From Candidatus Aenigmatarchaeota archaeon (GTDB lineage: Archaea > Aenigmatarchaeota > Aenigmatarchaeia > CG10238-14 > SpSt-28), in assembly GCA_038997165.1 (NCBI GenBank), contig JAWBAK010000001.1:61926-125925 (forward strand): DNA of 64,000 bases. Reading direction: 5' to 3'. Shown one piece after another: positions 21,001 to 24,918 of this stretch (positions within the stretch are counted from its first letter, which is position 1; the number at the start of each line of letters is the position of its first letter). The translations under genes were made by a program, and so were the position numbers. The notes beneath the pieces were generated by a model. The model was not told the DNA's origin. It ran no database searches and was given only the letters and a program-made list of their open reading frames with translations.

Positions 21001-23683
21001 AGATCAAATTGGAAGATATGTAATAAATGTAATTGCTTATGATAAAAGTGGTAACAAAGCTGAAAAATCTGCAATTTTTGATGTTAGGCCGCTAATTTTC
21101 TTTAGTGGTATTGCAAAAGATGAAGAAAGCATAGATTATGTTCCATTAAACGTTACTTTCGAATTATATCCAGCAGGAAGGTATGAAATGTTATACAGAA
21201 TAGTTCCTGACGAAGAAGGATATTATAATGAAACAATAGAAGCGATGTATTACGATATTGTATATAAATTCTTTAATGAAAGCTTAGTAATCTCTAATAT
21301 TGGATTGTTTGATGATGTATTTAATCCGATAGTATTAGGAATACCGAGAGAAGTTATTTTACCAAGAGAAGCAATTAAAGGTTATGTTTTAGATAGTATT
21401 CTTAAATCATCCTCTACCTTAATATTCGATATAAGCAATTTAGATGCTAGAAAGCATGATTTAAGATTATTAGGAATTTATCATTGCGCAAACTGGACAA
21501 GATATATTGGCTGCAATTCAACTTGGATTAGACTAAACTCTATAGTTTCTTTACAAAGCTTAAAAGTTTATGCAACAAACATAAGCGAAATTAAGGGTGC
21601 GTATATTTTAGCTCAATATGTTTGTGGAAATGGAATATGTGAAGATAGATTTGGTGAAAGTAATGCAATTTGTCCATTAGATTGTCCAGCTGCTGGAGCT
21701 CCAGGAATTCCAGCTCCAGGAATTGGAGCACCTGGAATAGGGGCTGGAGTAGGAATTCCTGCAGTTCCAGCTGCTCCTGGAGTAGGAATAGGAGTTGGTG
21801 CTGGTGCACCAACAATAACCATTCCACCCTATGAAATATTTACTAAGGAAATTAGTGTAACATTAAAGCCAAAAGAACATATAATTGTAAGTGTTGATAT
21901 AGGAAACAATAGAAATAAAGATATTAAAGTAAAGTTTAAGCCAGAAGGATTAATTTGGGAATTTGTTCAATTAGAAGCAAACGAAATTGAAATTAAAGCA
22001 AGTCAAAGAGGCACGATAAAAATGAAAATATTTGCTCCAGAAGAAAAAATGCCAGGAATCTATACAGGAGATTTGGTTGTTTATATTGAAAATGAAACAT
22101 ATAGAATTCCAGTAACAATTAAAATAGAGTTACCACCAGAACCTTTGCTTGACGTAATAATAAATGTATTAAGAAAAACAATAGAACCCAACGAAACTTT
22201 AAAGGTATTTGTTAGAGTAGTCAATATGGGTCAAACAGAAAAAGTAGAAGATATTGTTTTAACTTACATAATAAAAGATTTATTAACTGGAGAATTATAC
22301 AATGTTTATAAAGAAACTATAGCTGTAGAGACAGCAACTTCATTTACAAGAGAAATTACCTTACCAGAAGGAATTAAATTAGATAGAAAATATCTAATAG
22401 AGGTTAATGCAAGTTATTGGTATGGAAGAAAATATGCATATGCAGCAGATACTTTTGAAGTAGTTTCATTACCCATACCTTTAAAAATACTTAGAAGCCT
22501 ATTACTAAATCCAGTAACTTATATTGTTACTTTTGGAATTGCACCAACCGCTTATTTAGCTCAAAAAGCACTACAAGCCTATAAATTAAGAAAATTAAAA
22601 GAAAAGAGATATGCATTACCAATAGATTTTGATAAATTACCAAAAGCAGGTCCTAATAGTATTGAAGTTGGAAAAATTGCAGAAACGGATGTAAAGGCAT
22701 ATTTTGATATGAAGCAATTAATAATGCATACTATTGCAGCTGGTGGTACTGGAAGTGGTAAAACTATAAGTGCTATGGTTGTTGCAGAAGAATTATTAAA
22801 AAGAAATATTCCAGTAATAGTTTTTGATCCTACAGCACAATGGACTGGCTTCATAAAACCAAATAAAGATCCTACTATGCAAGCCTTTTATAAACAATTT
22901 GGATTAAAACCAGAAGATGCTAGAGGATTCAAAACAAATATAATTGTTGTAGAAGATGTGGATATGCCACTAGATATTAAAAAGTATATGAATCCAGGAG
23001 AAATAACTGTTTTTGTATTAAATAGATTAAAAGCAGATGAATTAGATAAATTTATTAGAAGAAGTATTGAAGCTGTTTTTGAAATGAAACCACCAGAATC
23101 GAAAGAACTCAAACTATTATTAATATACGATGAAATTCATAGAACTTTACCAAAATATGGAGGTAAAGGTGGTTATATAGCTATTGAAAGGGGAGCAAGA
23201 GAATTTAGAAAATGGGGAATTGGATTATTCTTAATATCTCAAGTATTGTTAGACTTTAAAGGAGCAATTAGAGCAAATGTTGCTACAGAAATTCAATTAA
23301 GAACAAAATATGAAGGAGATATAAATAGAGTAAAGCAAAAATATGGAACAGATTATGCAAGCAAAGTTACTAAATTGACAATTGGTACTGGAATTGTTCA
23401 AAATCCTGAATATAACAATGGTAAGCCTTGGATAATTCAATTTAGACCTATTTTACATTCAACTTTCGCATTATCAAAAGAAGAGCTAGATACTTATATG
23501 AATTTAAGAAAGAAGTTGGAAGCATTTGAAAAAGAAGTTGAAAATCTTAAGGCAAGAGGAATTGATACTTTCGATATAGAAAATGAAATAAAACTTGCTT
23601 GGGATAGATTGAAGCAAGGAATGTTTAGAATGGTTGAAACATATATTGAAAGTATTGAAACAAATCTCAAACGTTATAAATAA
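2..23683 (+). CDS. Giant surface (adhesin/S-layer-like) protein, 5'-partial because the ORF continues upstream of the window; single C-terminal TM helix and cytoplasmic HerA/FtsK-superfamily P-loop ATPase domain
   Basis: The frame containing the ATG at 917 has no stop codon from nt 2 to 917. Codons 2-916 were translated by hand and give a protein-like sequence with the CARDB-like motif NIYNDGPGNASNVIV, so the true start lies upstream of the window; the ORF track's 917 is only the first in-frame ATG. The ORF is uninterrupted for 23.7 kb in an AT-rich genome and ends at TAA 23681-23683. N-x-S/T sequons are extremely dense. Domain order is described in the sub-features. Confidence 0.85.
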   Translation, partial: LNFPLFFACGNFSTKLQVFNKGNLPAYNFRINETKSDILKTHPGDLIFYGFNPSNPYLEQSKLISWDGGINFIATGKDNAINFTYSIFVPYQTNGTFSFQALALNNTFSFFDEEYIISISCGASLSIDQIRIRKGEYPEPTIYVNDIFNISANIYNDGPGNASNVIVWINYTNVTQIRGLENLKIYNSNGEESNIIYLGNILPKETKIAFNDYYFTVNTSGVSPGIIRFCINANATENSTIVSSCRDITINAPPALIELENPIAISKETGSSFGSWSFNFTFNVSVRVSNSENDVQICAWFSKTGMEPFKLIGCDIYPAPGNNIGSWRNYSFEYSPSCEDIGNPVFIKFNATNFAGSSNSTTLPFTITKSKIVFDEILGNNTETRRGKMPTILGVRVKDINGTYISNLPLRFYVSLNEIVFDAGNTVYTNESGYANYNFLAVCTPKYLVGYQKWKAELKDNECYFDNSTENYFDLRVLVTGDILLYIVRPDGSTNYTQEDTITFLGYVTDDCGDPLTASVIFFANHSIESFECSDVTQVGSNAYTCDWHTEITTPMGWYNVSMYVEKEFHYSNWSIKAKDPGLFYLEPIYKLEDPQAYPIREGWGYKNWNFSVFASSGDSENEFDVNIYLGDLWPPAKPCEECINITPKTCFNCYKQLVVFLRNFTAYEIGTWYYRFSLGPTSTTQVKYVIVEKDDTTMEYVSGNNSIVIRNSQPALLSVRVFDLDANTYELNPPALVTFKLYDEKYPNGYKVIGSVYTNSSGYANLLLNITECTGWLEGIQKWSAEIDDNDNYYKKSSIGNFTIEIQLPGCQPQVYIYSIELPKEAFQYKNFTIVTYVTSWVGDAEGVYINITLPDGWYTDEQTKYLGKIYANEFKKIYWNVYASTFGEGKAIFYINSSNAGYKRLESNNIVVYKFSQSTINSIININSNDFEILEFDCETGNYRIANLTIKISENSNNSTLKIESFNSSNWIKIENNLEVISNSFYFIPILANQISSNSDGKCLVKITNVGDKNVIIESATLTSYYNETLKIDGIKVLVNNFEVESIDKTESSFNISVRIGNSLDINKDGNLTLKILKDGKEIYSNYKEFTINANSFTFINFTDIQTSNWEEGIYEIIAILNSSNEIKLLKREIVFSEIKIDITSPKYQCNSSTEKIYLEIYQPLEDYISYNISLQIPNNWDYNPKYIYLEPKGKGFYFAEFNLTAFSEIEEDYQIIIVINYTYANNTKSLIKPINIKVSPNIPILEIIRELPSLVSTSIVFKPRIVIHNKGCGIANNVTIKEYISAGWIGANPSIAKNEYANDPEVSDKDVDLIYSETDLINNILTWQLSDIKPNKYAVLTYQIKAPPTLFTAGYLKYNISWNNEYYIEEKIPSKVYTYRYPEESHLEFDLIAIQTLEYPWPEVRSIQVNREYNFTLKVTNIGDINTNNDWTIKLYIPKECEVINVENGIWNESERKIVWSLPNISTYQTSYFNFTLKCNEEKQYVLIAEGIRDTRSKVSFENSTSIYCESYSKPAYCYSKLDYILAKPTNARYEKLSNITIEFLNKYSGNNLTIGNSYIKIFDDLLNEHIIWQDYSFEEKNEIKTKQLIIYENQENFVSNIKTFEISSYSDATENTYTNISILKIYYTWDLGKLFNETQNLFIKSKVYDYTPLFRNAKLYINGNDSIKVGGWGEKFEFSVEVRDRFGRDVIVRMYHRKVGGEWSLVDEKVCYSCLEWTQFNFSYDYDYTDISNWEFKFEGINSDGISEYYGFVYTVEKDDVELTPIQPQWNETVLRAYGYNFTIYAFDIDNKTIPYVLEDYKAFVALGQYGNNLTYKIYTLSPSINESGYIILKVTNTEFCNPANNYYLGQNYWFGGIQGSAYYKDVNTRIPPYNALPYVLIGSLYNNIIYPINVNFSFELDTITLRGVVYDDCGNIRADEDMYVYFNLTNGDYNYQCIATRVGNEFQCTFNPRSLNAPLGWYNISMYSSKPLHTDGIYSVNNAFFLASIPKIINISINPFGGPWGLSPFNFSAYIIDEDGNFVNITHYLRKVPEQYFVAYIDNCTNCNYYLTSFLRNFVCDYENIEVGEWRYKIETKDEAGFSNTSQEISFTIEKEPINISLFESVPLINRSNVPNSKAYNLSVTIFDTILNRNVTEIPFVYLKLEGPATFTYEMEKDETQEKYYYEFLPGCSYPVGEYKWYSYVLNDYCYQNARSENYTINIYGSLSVNIISPTDYQIIPEGQSVTIRSNIIDDCGVSITNANVYYILRNERTQEEFRCPESGFANYDGTSYVCNFNTSGKPGGNYTIIAYASRNYYWDSLAIKENAFFLVTPVRIINVTMNYEHDGSWGEIHNFTALIDHYNDVIVCLLEKPIDAQEYQVTECKYVENPSGGKKVTFNRRYTCSNFVRSQFWNYKINATEPGVPSSYSESQEYQHMLQKNDLSLIIYYNDSEAKRYGDQRARLIVYAYDLDQKQAAYVSAYNSPNIKFNVYNGSSFVFVGANSTNSSGYSTLFFKPDCSFDVGIKEWYAYTEADACYKNVISDRSNITIVGLLNPYLVSPINEEYTRYAELYINLSAIVKDECNLITFENATVTFIAKSVAFGSEYLCSDVTYSNGYYNCSLNATLIEEGWYNVNVTASNVLYYDDYYYLQTNSFKIIHSLVPPVLSNEYAYPEQDGGWGERWYFRVNVSDLNGDDVNIYLWISRDRSNWELVNQTICYNCGYERTIELSYKGFTCEDYLNRPIYFKFNATDAYNSTDRNPIALYLDKNDLRIEYYSGNESKIIRNVGGILQARIYDLDFGDYADSQVALYVTTDRNNYKLVAINNSLNSIATLFFNPTCEFDVGLQYWKIGSYNDACYKNVNSSDFNLYVIGNIDANITYPKGDKFLRGSNVTLNISIFDECSENIPLENTKINITMISNRDKSIRYCTEIIELGNGLYSCTFNSSNFTPNYYNVTLNISKELYTNKTKTFSNVFWIETNPILFNLRAIPNVLGWGETLTIKVNFTDEDLDTHTINVYLIKSDYSRVRTRNILNVQGINVEASTQFTFTSADIGDWFVIVNVTDDFGIAEINTSITIEKDDTIIEYISGNNSIVHRIHNTTTFELRAIDIDNPSNNIYYQPAGFWVTSDYVNYIYIGTVYTGNNGYFNITFDPDCRFETGIQKWKGGLLENPNWKTSNSSEYFVIIVSDLSGNIIQPDGNILLRGVDSLNIRATVSDECKYVNGADVYFVVGNENINITCDNVINDNLGNYTCSLSSSTLEILPYGWNNITMFARKDFYENELVITKQNAFYLADKPKIEDVYVTSATWRWGTVFEFVGKLYDLDPDNKTVYLWISRDGSNWRLINQTTYYGPTPPGGVDIKLSFIPTCNDVGNWYFKFNVTDTSGYSSETFGYQFEILKRPAVISAISGLNKIIQREGSVSTTLRIKAIDAIDGANINNAKIKFITINKTGHEVTYETWTNQSGIASYIFDPDCSYGANKTYWKAILYNNSCYEDTVSPNFDIYIYGKLYNNLVAPSQGSTFPSRTTFNISYYITSDCSDEGLIENANAEIKVYDPLNQEIICTPIIEENGYYNCTFDTTGKRAGVYSITLNSTKQYYFGSYTNYPNWFSIYNSPPTYSNISVSPSIAPWTSILNFSVYVSDADNDVVRCSLEIKKGYSYIEVATMEINGNGLCSFLISDFSCDDIGTNYFRFSLSDGYNDIVYTEEQSFELTKSPVVLNLISGNGTSVRRNIASTNLRISVFDLVKNSLVGTSILPEAYVKFNITFDSLNYINLDEVSTTSGYAEVMFSPDCSFSAGTQYWYAYISENDVCYEFNQTNNFEVYVIGSLNPSIIEPTNLFKVYKGNNVSIRANIQDDCNENVSVDFIQINPISRITGQMFNCIVSEENIGIYNCSFETVDKPAGAYDIRVNVSKQYHVSAIYTESNAFFIETYPSLTNPSVTPIVEGWGKTRTFSITASDEDRDALYVCLYYRPKGSEDWSLASCRTKPSGIASQTLTFSRTFSCDNLLGQESIEYEFFFNVTDDDNNIAESEIKNFTLERDDISVSLAESYVEYNRSSTEKASLIISIRDLDANSYATRAVNATLYVTRIPGTTNYFIDNVYINRNPVLGNITFYFPQQNKCLYKVGPQKWYVSINSSCYKPANSPIGTLNITSLPLNSTLIYPIGEYFPQGYNIPITVEVYDDCEKVDGASLSIEVINPNNETIECYPVSNLGNGGYRCSFSDTYLLGSYTIKTQANKQYYPEGYINEFPNAFFITSAPFIDSTEVYASRTSSEEGGWGDTWFFKIRVYDEDQSFIEFEKLNISLYIDFGNGYEYISSQICEAPECASLKEFVFTHTFDCSKIGDNKKFKFIVRDFFNNTVESAEGYFNILPDEPQITILRKPTRINREGNFADMFNISVIDVDRGVPANATLTLFITTDSSNFNFYVNLNSVNGIATYSFDPDCRFSAGIQYFKVSTNDSCYKLKTSDIDEFEIIGSLQNYIIYPYRNSDILIEFGKIENITLNVKDECENDIENANVNLNAIWPNNYIENIPVYEENSGIYNATWNLSRKIGGYYSFVFNSSKEYYNSNSTLFLNWIYLNNTPPIIENISVNPLVGGWGETFTFSADVFDIQRDDVVCKLYVYTGKNTWLYKGSVTIKDGVGKCIINVSDFDCSDINVTSLNMFKFEISDVNNVFNTTEIFAPAIGKNDVEIYYVFGNNSFVNRAYYNTTLLSLRIFDKIKNTFVGSNVRGFVKVTKDGSNYGEEIINYTNSSGYLNVYFDPSGDYEVGIQKWLGGVLNDNCYLDKNSEEYYLTILGEIALSYFGIDREDARYLKPKDDITITIALQDDRGSYINDANVNITLIDEFNNKYICPISNLGGGTYQCSISTSVLAARWYNVSILAKKEYHLDLNVTFSNVFFIETEPKVYNISAISEENSNIGGWGETWKFVAIFEDEDLDRNEIWIQIKPENSENWYTVNSTIISGINKTTIELIVKDPGLLQQYLGIWNAQFYSIDNRGYISYSEIINFTVEKNDVRIELVEGNNSTVWRNNTESVTLKVRIYDLDQKIYVSSPSAKTYFFITYDGNVFDEGRETYTDNEGYSYIDFDPDCRYKTGVQKWVVKIINDTYYKDSSSQNFTLNIYSTLIPNVTFPDGHAFLVGELVPINVSLRDECEYVNKASVTIRVRYLATTYTCTPVNNIDNGIYNCVWDSSGKAYGGYDVIAIASKSFYASNSTTKPLAFYLASIPQLSNASVNPLVGGWGETFTFSVRLTDLDRNQNNVTLWKSYDNQSWIYVTSKLVTPTYAGYLVSFVVTFDCEDLLNGPLVYFKFSSKDQFGYYNESGIINVTFEQNDASLSIIEYNSSVRRLENNISYFLLRVYDSDRKVYPNNTEVTLYITENGNDYTIEIINQTYLGNVSFYYDPTCSSNVGIQKWYAKITDVCYKNVNTTERALTVIGQLYIDILNPKNNQILNRNTTYYFNSSVYDECNLIIDNANVSWFFGNTRIGTTYNVTYTIPFNYKLGLENVKANTSRIYYDPNEKVINVYVYGFADLTEIYPQTNSKFLAGEIVNLVCRVMDKNLNVPIEGYTVYFYRNDTLIGSSLTNSSGYATFSWSTVNELAGFVEMKCRITNDDIKYYNASISEISSLIRIRRPITIREISVTPNEIYRNDTFSPNIATIKVRTYDSIIAATSNAIVYFYNETDLIGNCTPDSFGYCSITYNPPNETNVGIKYIYINATPTIEGRENSDTYITSFIAKGKLYIQILEPSNSSIFAKSSTVNIRTYVTSENGENIPALYPNSRVNITNSSSIIGFAYPTGEANIYAGSFNLLDQKTGWLNISTIINIPYYDSAVDSIWILVTGLAGVEFTFPSNNQEITYPSTIYPTCLVKDLDSEIGIENYPVEFYYKTSSSDWIYVSTEITNSSGLANISFTTPSKGEFYFKCVISDNATLVYSAIYNESIVRILVKDLTPPEILETSISPTYDIEANRDFVNISAVVSDNIGISEVWAMIGLPNGSSVRVNMNKISGNLTYGFYSAIYIPPIGGEYNVTVFAKDLPPEANVNSSFAGIFYVFGKTNLELNVFPENIIADGITIYNGYPFEIIINVSNLGPATAYDLNITLFDDSGRIEYSTNIITISNISRYINISQMIMARVKEATPAQTINIFVNLSWRNPDLTYNYTVKRIFVIVAENPKLEIKPEYINEVVEHDTIKIIGSVNITNIGNVPITEILLSTDLNTPFYMYCLNCSISLFPTYQGFLAMGQSFISEITVSIPAGQDPGSYWSRILVSSKEAATVYSIINITVPINNSWIIDKEISGIILAPLGTKKEIDKINFSNIGNVNVTISIYLSGRGAELVRVENRSSFSFVLPKQKERLVSFSYDIPKTKNEGLYDVRVVMVSTDGYPNLREFIFTLNVTDIPPIIENVTFSKTDFEINETINVTAKIYDNIELDKAWINISYPNNTYEIKLLKKLQDDIFYENISSRIAGEIKISICANDTKGLTSCTEEFIIRAHSKTILDVLSEKIVFENVTLRNSQTKTVILNLTNLGFARAFNVSIKGEDEIFDITLTNVSLILAREIIPVIVNITALNGTYSGNYSAKINITWINLDGSIESKISLIPIEVLPVHLIEIENKTEYIKNNEERIVNISLSAVGNVNETNITLICSANCELFKIDLNETIDNIALGETIEIPIRVFVPSDLESGEYMVELKAYNEFTSATGYLKIIVPINISWEIYPIYEEIESVQGEELFRNITIRNTGNLRLLLNLSSIAINGSNFIYFENDKNFTTISLRVGETKIIPIKIVVPIVYDYSIFENRIVSLNFTTQSGLITKNSTFILKIHPLFVKIIEPTESNPLKRVVAGDTIYAKVNVSYGNETLTSNVSFQIFLSNETYRHEIENFTAQFLVIEKLWLLTFIAPNLTEGIGYDLIVNATYLLKNVSKIDVEPKSIIYLDTIPPEIEIIIPARIRVNTSAIFWFNITDLGGVESANAIIIKPDSNISEYNLTFVKRIGSTYIYKLEFNETDQIGRYVINVIAYDKSGNKAEKSAIFDVRPLIFFSGIAKDEESIDYVPLNVTFELYPAGRYEMLYRIVPDEEGYYNETIEAMYYDIVYKFFNESLVISNIGLFDDVFNPIVLGIPREVILPREAIKGYVLDSILKSSSTLIFDISNLDARKHDLRLLGIYHCANWTRYIGCNSTWIRLNSIVSLQSLKVYATNISEIKGAYILAQYVCGNGICEDRFGESNAICPLDCPAAGAPGIPAPGIGAPGIGAGVGIPAVPAAPGVGIGVGAGAPTITIPPYEIFTKEISVTLKPKEHIIVSVDIGNNRNKDIKVKFKPEGLIWEFVQLEANEIEIKASQRGTIKMKIFAPEEKMPGIYTGDLVVYIENETYRIPVTIKIELPPEPLLDVIINVLRKTIEPNETLKVFVRVVNMGQTEKVEDIVLTYIIKDLLTGELYNVYKETIAVETATSFTREITLPEGIKLDRKYLIEVNASYWYGRKYAYAADTFEVVSLPIPLKILRSLLLNPVTYIVTFGIAPTAYLAQKALQAYKLRKLKEKRYALPIDFDKLPKAGPNSIEVGKIAETDVKAYFDMKQLIMHTIAAGGTGSGKTISAMVVAEELLKRNIPVIVFDPTAQWTGFIKPNKDPTMQAFYKQFGLKPEDARGFKTNIIVVEDVDMPLDIKKYMNPGEITVFVLNRLKADELDKFIRRSIEAVFEMKPPESKELKLLLIYDEIHRTLPKYGGKGGYIAIERGAREFRKWGIGLFLISQVLLDFKGAIRANVATEIQLRTKYEGDINRVKQKYGTDYASKVTKLTIGTGIVQNPEYNNGKPWIIQFRPILHSTFALSKEELDTYMNLRKKLEAFEKEVENLKARGIDTFDIENEIKLAWDRLKQGMFRMVETYIESIETNLKRYK
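820..16300 (+). repeat. Tandem array of at least 14 copies of a ~320-aa (944-996 nt period) four-part module inside the giant CDS; a ~2.2 kb insertion of different N-rich/CARDB-like domains (about 2700-4950) splits copy 1 from copy 2
   Basis: The G-W-G-E/Y core recurs at nt ~820 (GSWSF variant), 1808, 5021, 6017, 6998, 7991, 8945, 9889, 10850, 11804, 12800, 13766, 14741 and 15698. Each module carries in order: (a) xGGWGE(T/K)(F/W)xF...D(E/L)D; (b) SGNNSIVxRN...(R/K)(I/V)(Y/F)DLD; (c) GYAxxxFDPDC(R/S)FxxG(I/T)QKWxA...CYK; (d) DDCG/DEC...NxGxYxC(S/T)F...GxY. Confidence 0.7.
16300..21600 (+). other. Stalk region of giant protein: about 3-4 bacterial-Ig-like (Big/invasin-like) domains (about 16550-17800), then about 8-10 CARDB-like beta-sandwich domains with NxGxxxA/T motifs
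   Basis: Ig-like examples: YTVYFYRNDTLIGSSLTNSSGYATFSWS and VEFYYKTSSSDWIYVSTEITNSSGLANISFT. CARDB-type motifs: VSNLGPATAYDLNITL, ITNIGNVPITEI, FSNIGNVNVTISIY, LTNLGFARAFNVSI, SAVGNVNETNIT, RNTGNLRLLLNL. Motif-level assignment only. Confidence 0.45.
21623..21685 (+). other. Small 4-Cys module CGNGICEDRFGESNAICPLDC inside giant protein
   Basis: Read directly: C-G-N-G-x-C-E ... C-P-x-D-C with four Cys in 21 residues, immediately before the Gly/Pro linker. It is the only Cys cluster in this part of the protein. Confidence 0.5.
21686..21808 (+). repeat. Elastin-like Gly/Pro/Ala/Val/Ile low-complexity linker (41 aa); local GC island inside the giant CDS
   Basis: Translates to PAAGAPGIPAPGIGAPGIGAGVGIPAVPAAPGVGIGVGAGAP. 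The nucleotides are GC-rich (cca gga / gct cca repeats) in an otherwise AT-rich gene. Both minus-strand frames stay open here by composition, which explains the spurious ORFs at 21591-21827. Confidence 0.85.
22499..22561 (+). other. Single transmembrane helix of giant protein (LLLNPVTYIVTFGIAPTAYLA) followed by a K/R-rich stretch
   Basis: A 21-residue hydrophobic segment followed by QKALQAYKLRKLKEKR (positive-inside rule), which gives an N-out/C-in type I topology. About 7,400 aa are extracellular and about 370 aa cytoplasmic. Confidence 0.7.
22650..23440 (+). other. Cytoplasmic HerA/VirB4/FtsK-superfamily P-loop ATPase domain (DUF87-like) at C-terminus of giant protein
   Basis: Walker A IAAGGTGSGKT (22736-22765). 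Walker B LLLIYDEIH (23114-23140), a DEAH-like DEIH. The downstream block EFRKWGIGLFLISQVLLDF...ANVATEIQLRT matches the HerA pattern (EGRKFGVGLxLxTQRPS...vlsqcnt.i.lRl). It ends in a short coiled coil. No NurA-like partner lies nearby. Confidence 0.75.
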
Positions 23684-23685
23684 TT

Positions 23686-24918
23686 ATGAAAGAAGAATTA
23701 TTAAAACAAAAAAAAGAGATTGAAGATTTATTAAATGAAATTGAAAATAGTTATAGAAAAGGTGAAATAAGTGAAGAATCCTACAAAGAAATTATTGAAG
23801 AAAATAAGAAAAAATTGGAAGAAATAGAAAAGAAATTAAAAGAAATAGGAGAAAAAAGAGAGGAGAAAAAAGAGAAAAAAAGTAGAATAGAAGAAATTAT
23901 TGAAAGAGTCTTTAAAGTAGAGAAAGAAGTTTCTTCAAAAGAAATTAAAAAGGTTCAAGAAGATTTATCAAAAGTTAGTGTAGAATTAGAAAAAACAAAA
24001 GCATTGATCGATACACTTAAAGAAATGAAACAAACAACAGATGAAAAAATTATAAGAATTACAGAAAATATTGGTGAGTTGAGATCTATGTTAGTTGCGA
24101 GAGAATCTAAGGTTAGAGAGTTAGAAGCTAATGTTGAAAGAATGAAAGAAGTTATAAAGGAAATTGAGCCTGAAAAGTATATGAAAGAATTGAATAAAAT
24201 AAGAAAAGAAATTGAGTTATTTAGAGCTAAGGTTGAAAAAGTTGAATATTTAAGTGGAGAAGCTGCGAAAGCTGTTAAAGAATTGCAAATGCAATTAAAG
24301 ATAATAGGAAATGTTGAAAATTTAGCAAAATTAAACAAAGAATTGCAAGATAAATTAAAAGAAATTCAACTGATCTCACAAAAAATCGAAAATATGTCGG
24401 CTAAAATCGAATCTATATTTGTTGAGCTTAACAAAAAAATGAGAGATATAGAAATTTTAAAGGATAAAGTCGACGTACTATTTCAAAATTACAATGAGCT
24501 TAGTAGAAATGTTAACGATGCAATTAATAAATTAGAGAATTTTGTTACAAAAAACGAATTTAATAGCTTTAGAGATTATGTAGGTAATTTAGAAAAGCAA
24601 ATAGTTGAAGCTGAAAAGAAAAAAGAGAAAAAAATAGAAGAGGAAGCAACAAAAAGAATTAAAGAAATTGAGGAAGAAATTGAGGGAATTAACTTATTAA
24701 TTCAAAGTTTAGAAGAAATGTTAAATGAAGGAAAAATTTCTAAAGAAGAATATGAAAGCTTAAAAAATACGCATATTCAAAAAATTAGAAAACTAGAAGA
24801 GGAAAAGGAAAAAATATTGAATGATAGAAAAATGAGCAAAATTGAAATGAAATTAAGAGAACTATATGAAAGAGGAATAATAAGTGAGGAGCTTTATAAA
24901 AAACTTACTAAAAAATGA
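23686..24918 (+). CDS. 410-aa K/E-rich coiled-coil protein with three SHOCT-like motifs
   Basis: ATG lies 2 nt after the giant gene's stop. Heptad-rich throughout, no TM. GxISxExY motifs: RKGEISEESYKEIIEENKKKL at the N-terminus, NEGKISKEEYESLKNTHIQKI in the middle, ERGIISEELYKKLTKK at the C-terminus. Its TGA stop overlaps the next start (ATGA at 24915). Confidence 0.8.
   Translation: MKEELLKQKKEIEDLLNEIENSYRKGEISEESYKEIIEENKKKLEEIEKKLKEIGEKREEKKEKKSRIEEIIERVFKVEKEVSSKEIKKVQEDLSKVSVELEKTKALIDTLKEMKQTTDEKIIRITENIGELRSMLVARESKVRELEANVERMKEVIKEIEPEKYMKELNKIRKEIELFRAKVEKVEYLSGEAAKAVKELQMQLKIIGNVENLAKLNKELQDKLKEIQLISQKIENMSAKIESIFVELNKKMRDIEILKDKVDVLFQNYNELSRNVNDAINKLENFVTKNEFNSFRDYVGNLEKQIVEAEKKKEKKIEEEATKRIKEIEEEIEGINLLIQSLEEMLNEGKISKEEYESLKNTHIQKIRKLEEEKEKILNDRKMSKIEMKLRELYERGIISEELYKKLTKK

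Noticed and set aside
21591-21827. Two minus-strand ORFs (78 and 69 aa) with proline/glutamine-rich or Gly/Ala/Pro-rich translations
   Set aside because: They are mirror images of the GC-rich Gly/Pro linker codons of the giant gene. The GC-rich repeat removes stop codons on the opposite strand too. They are not independent genes.
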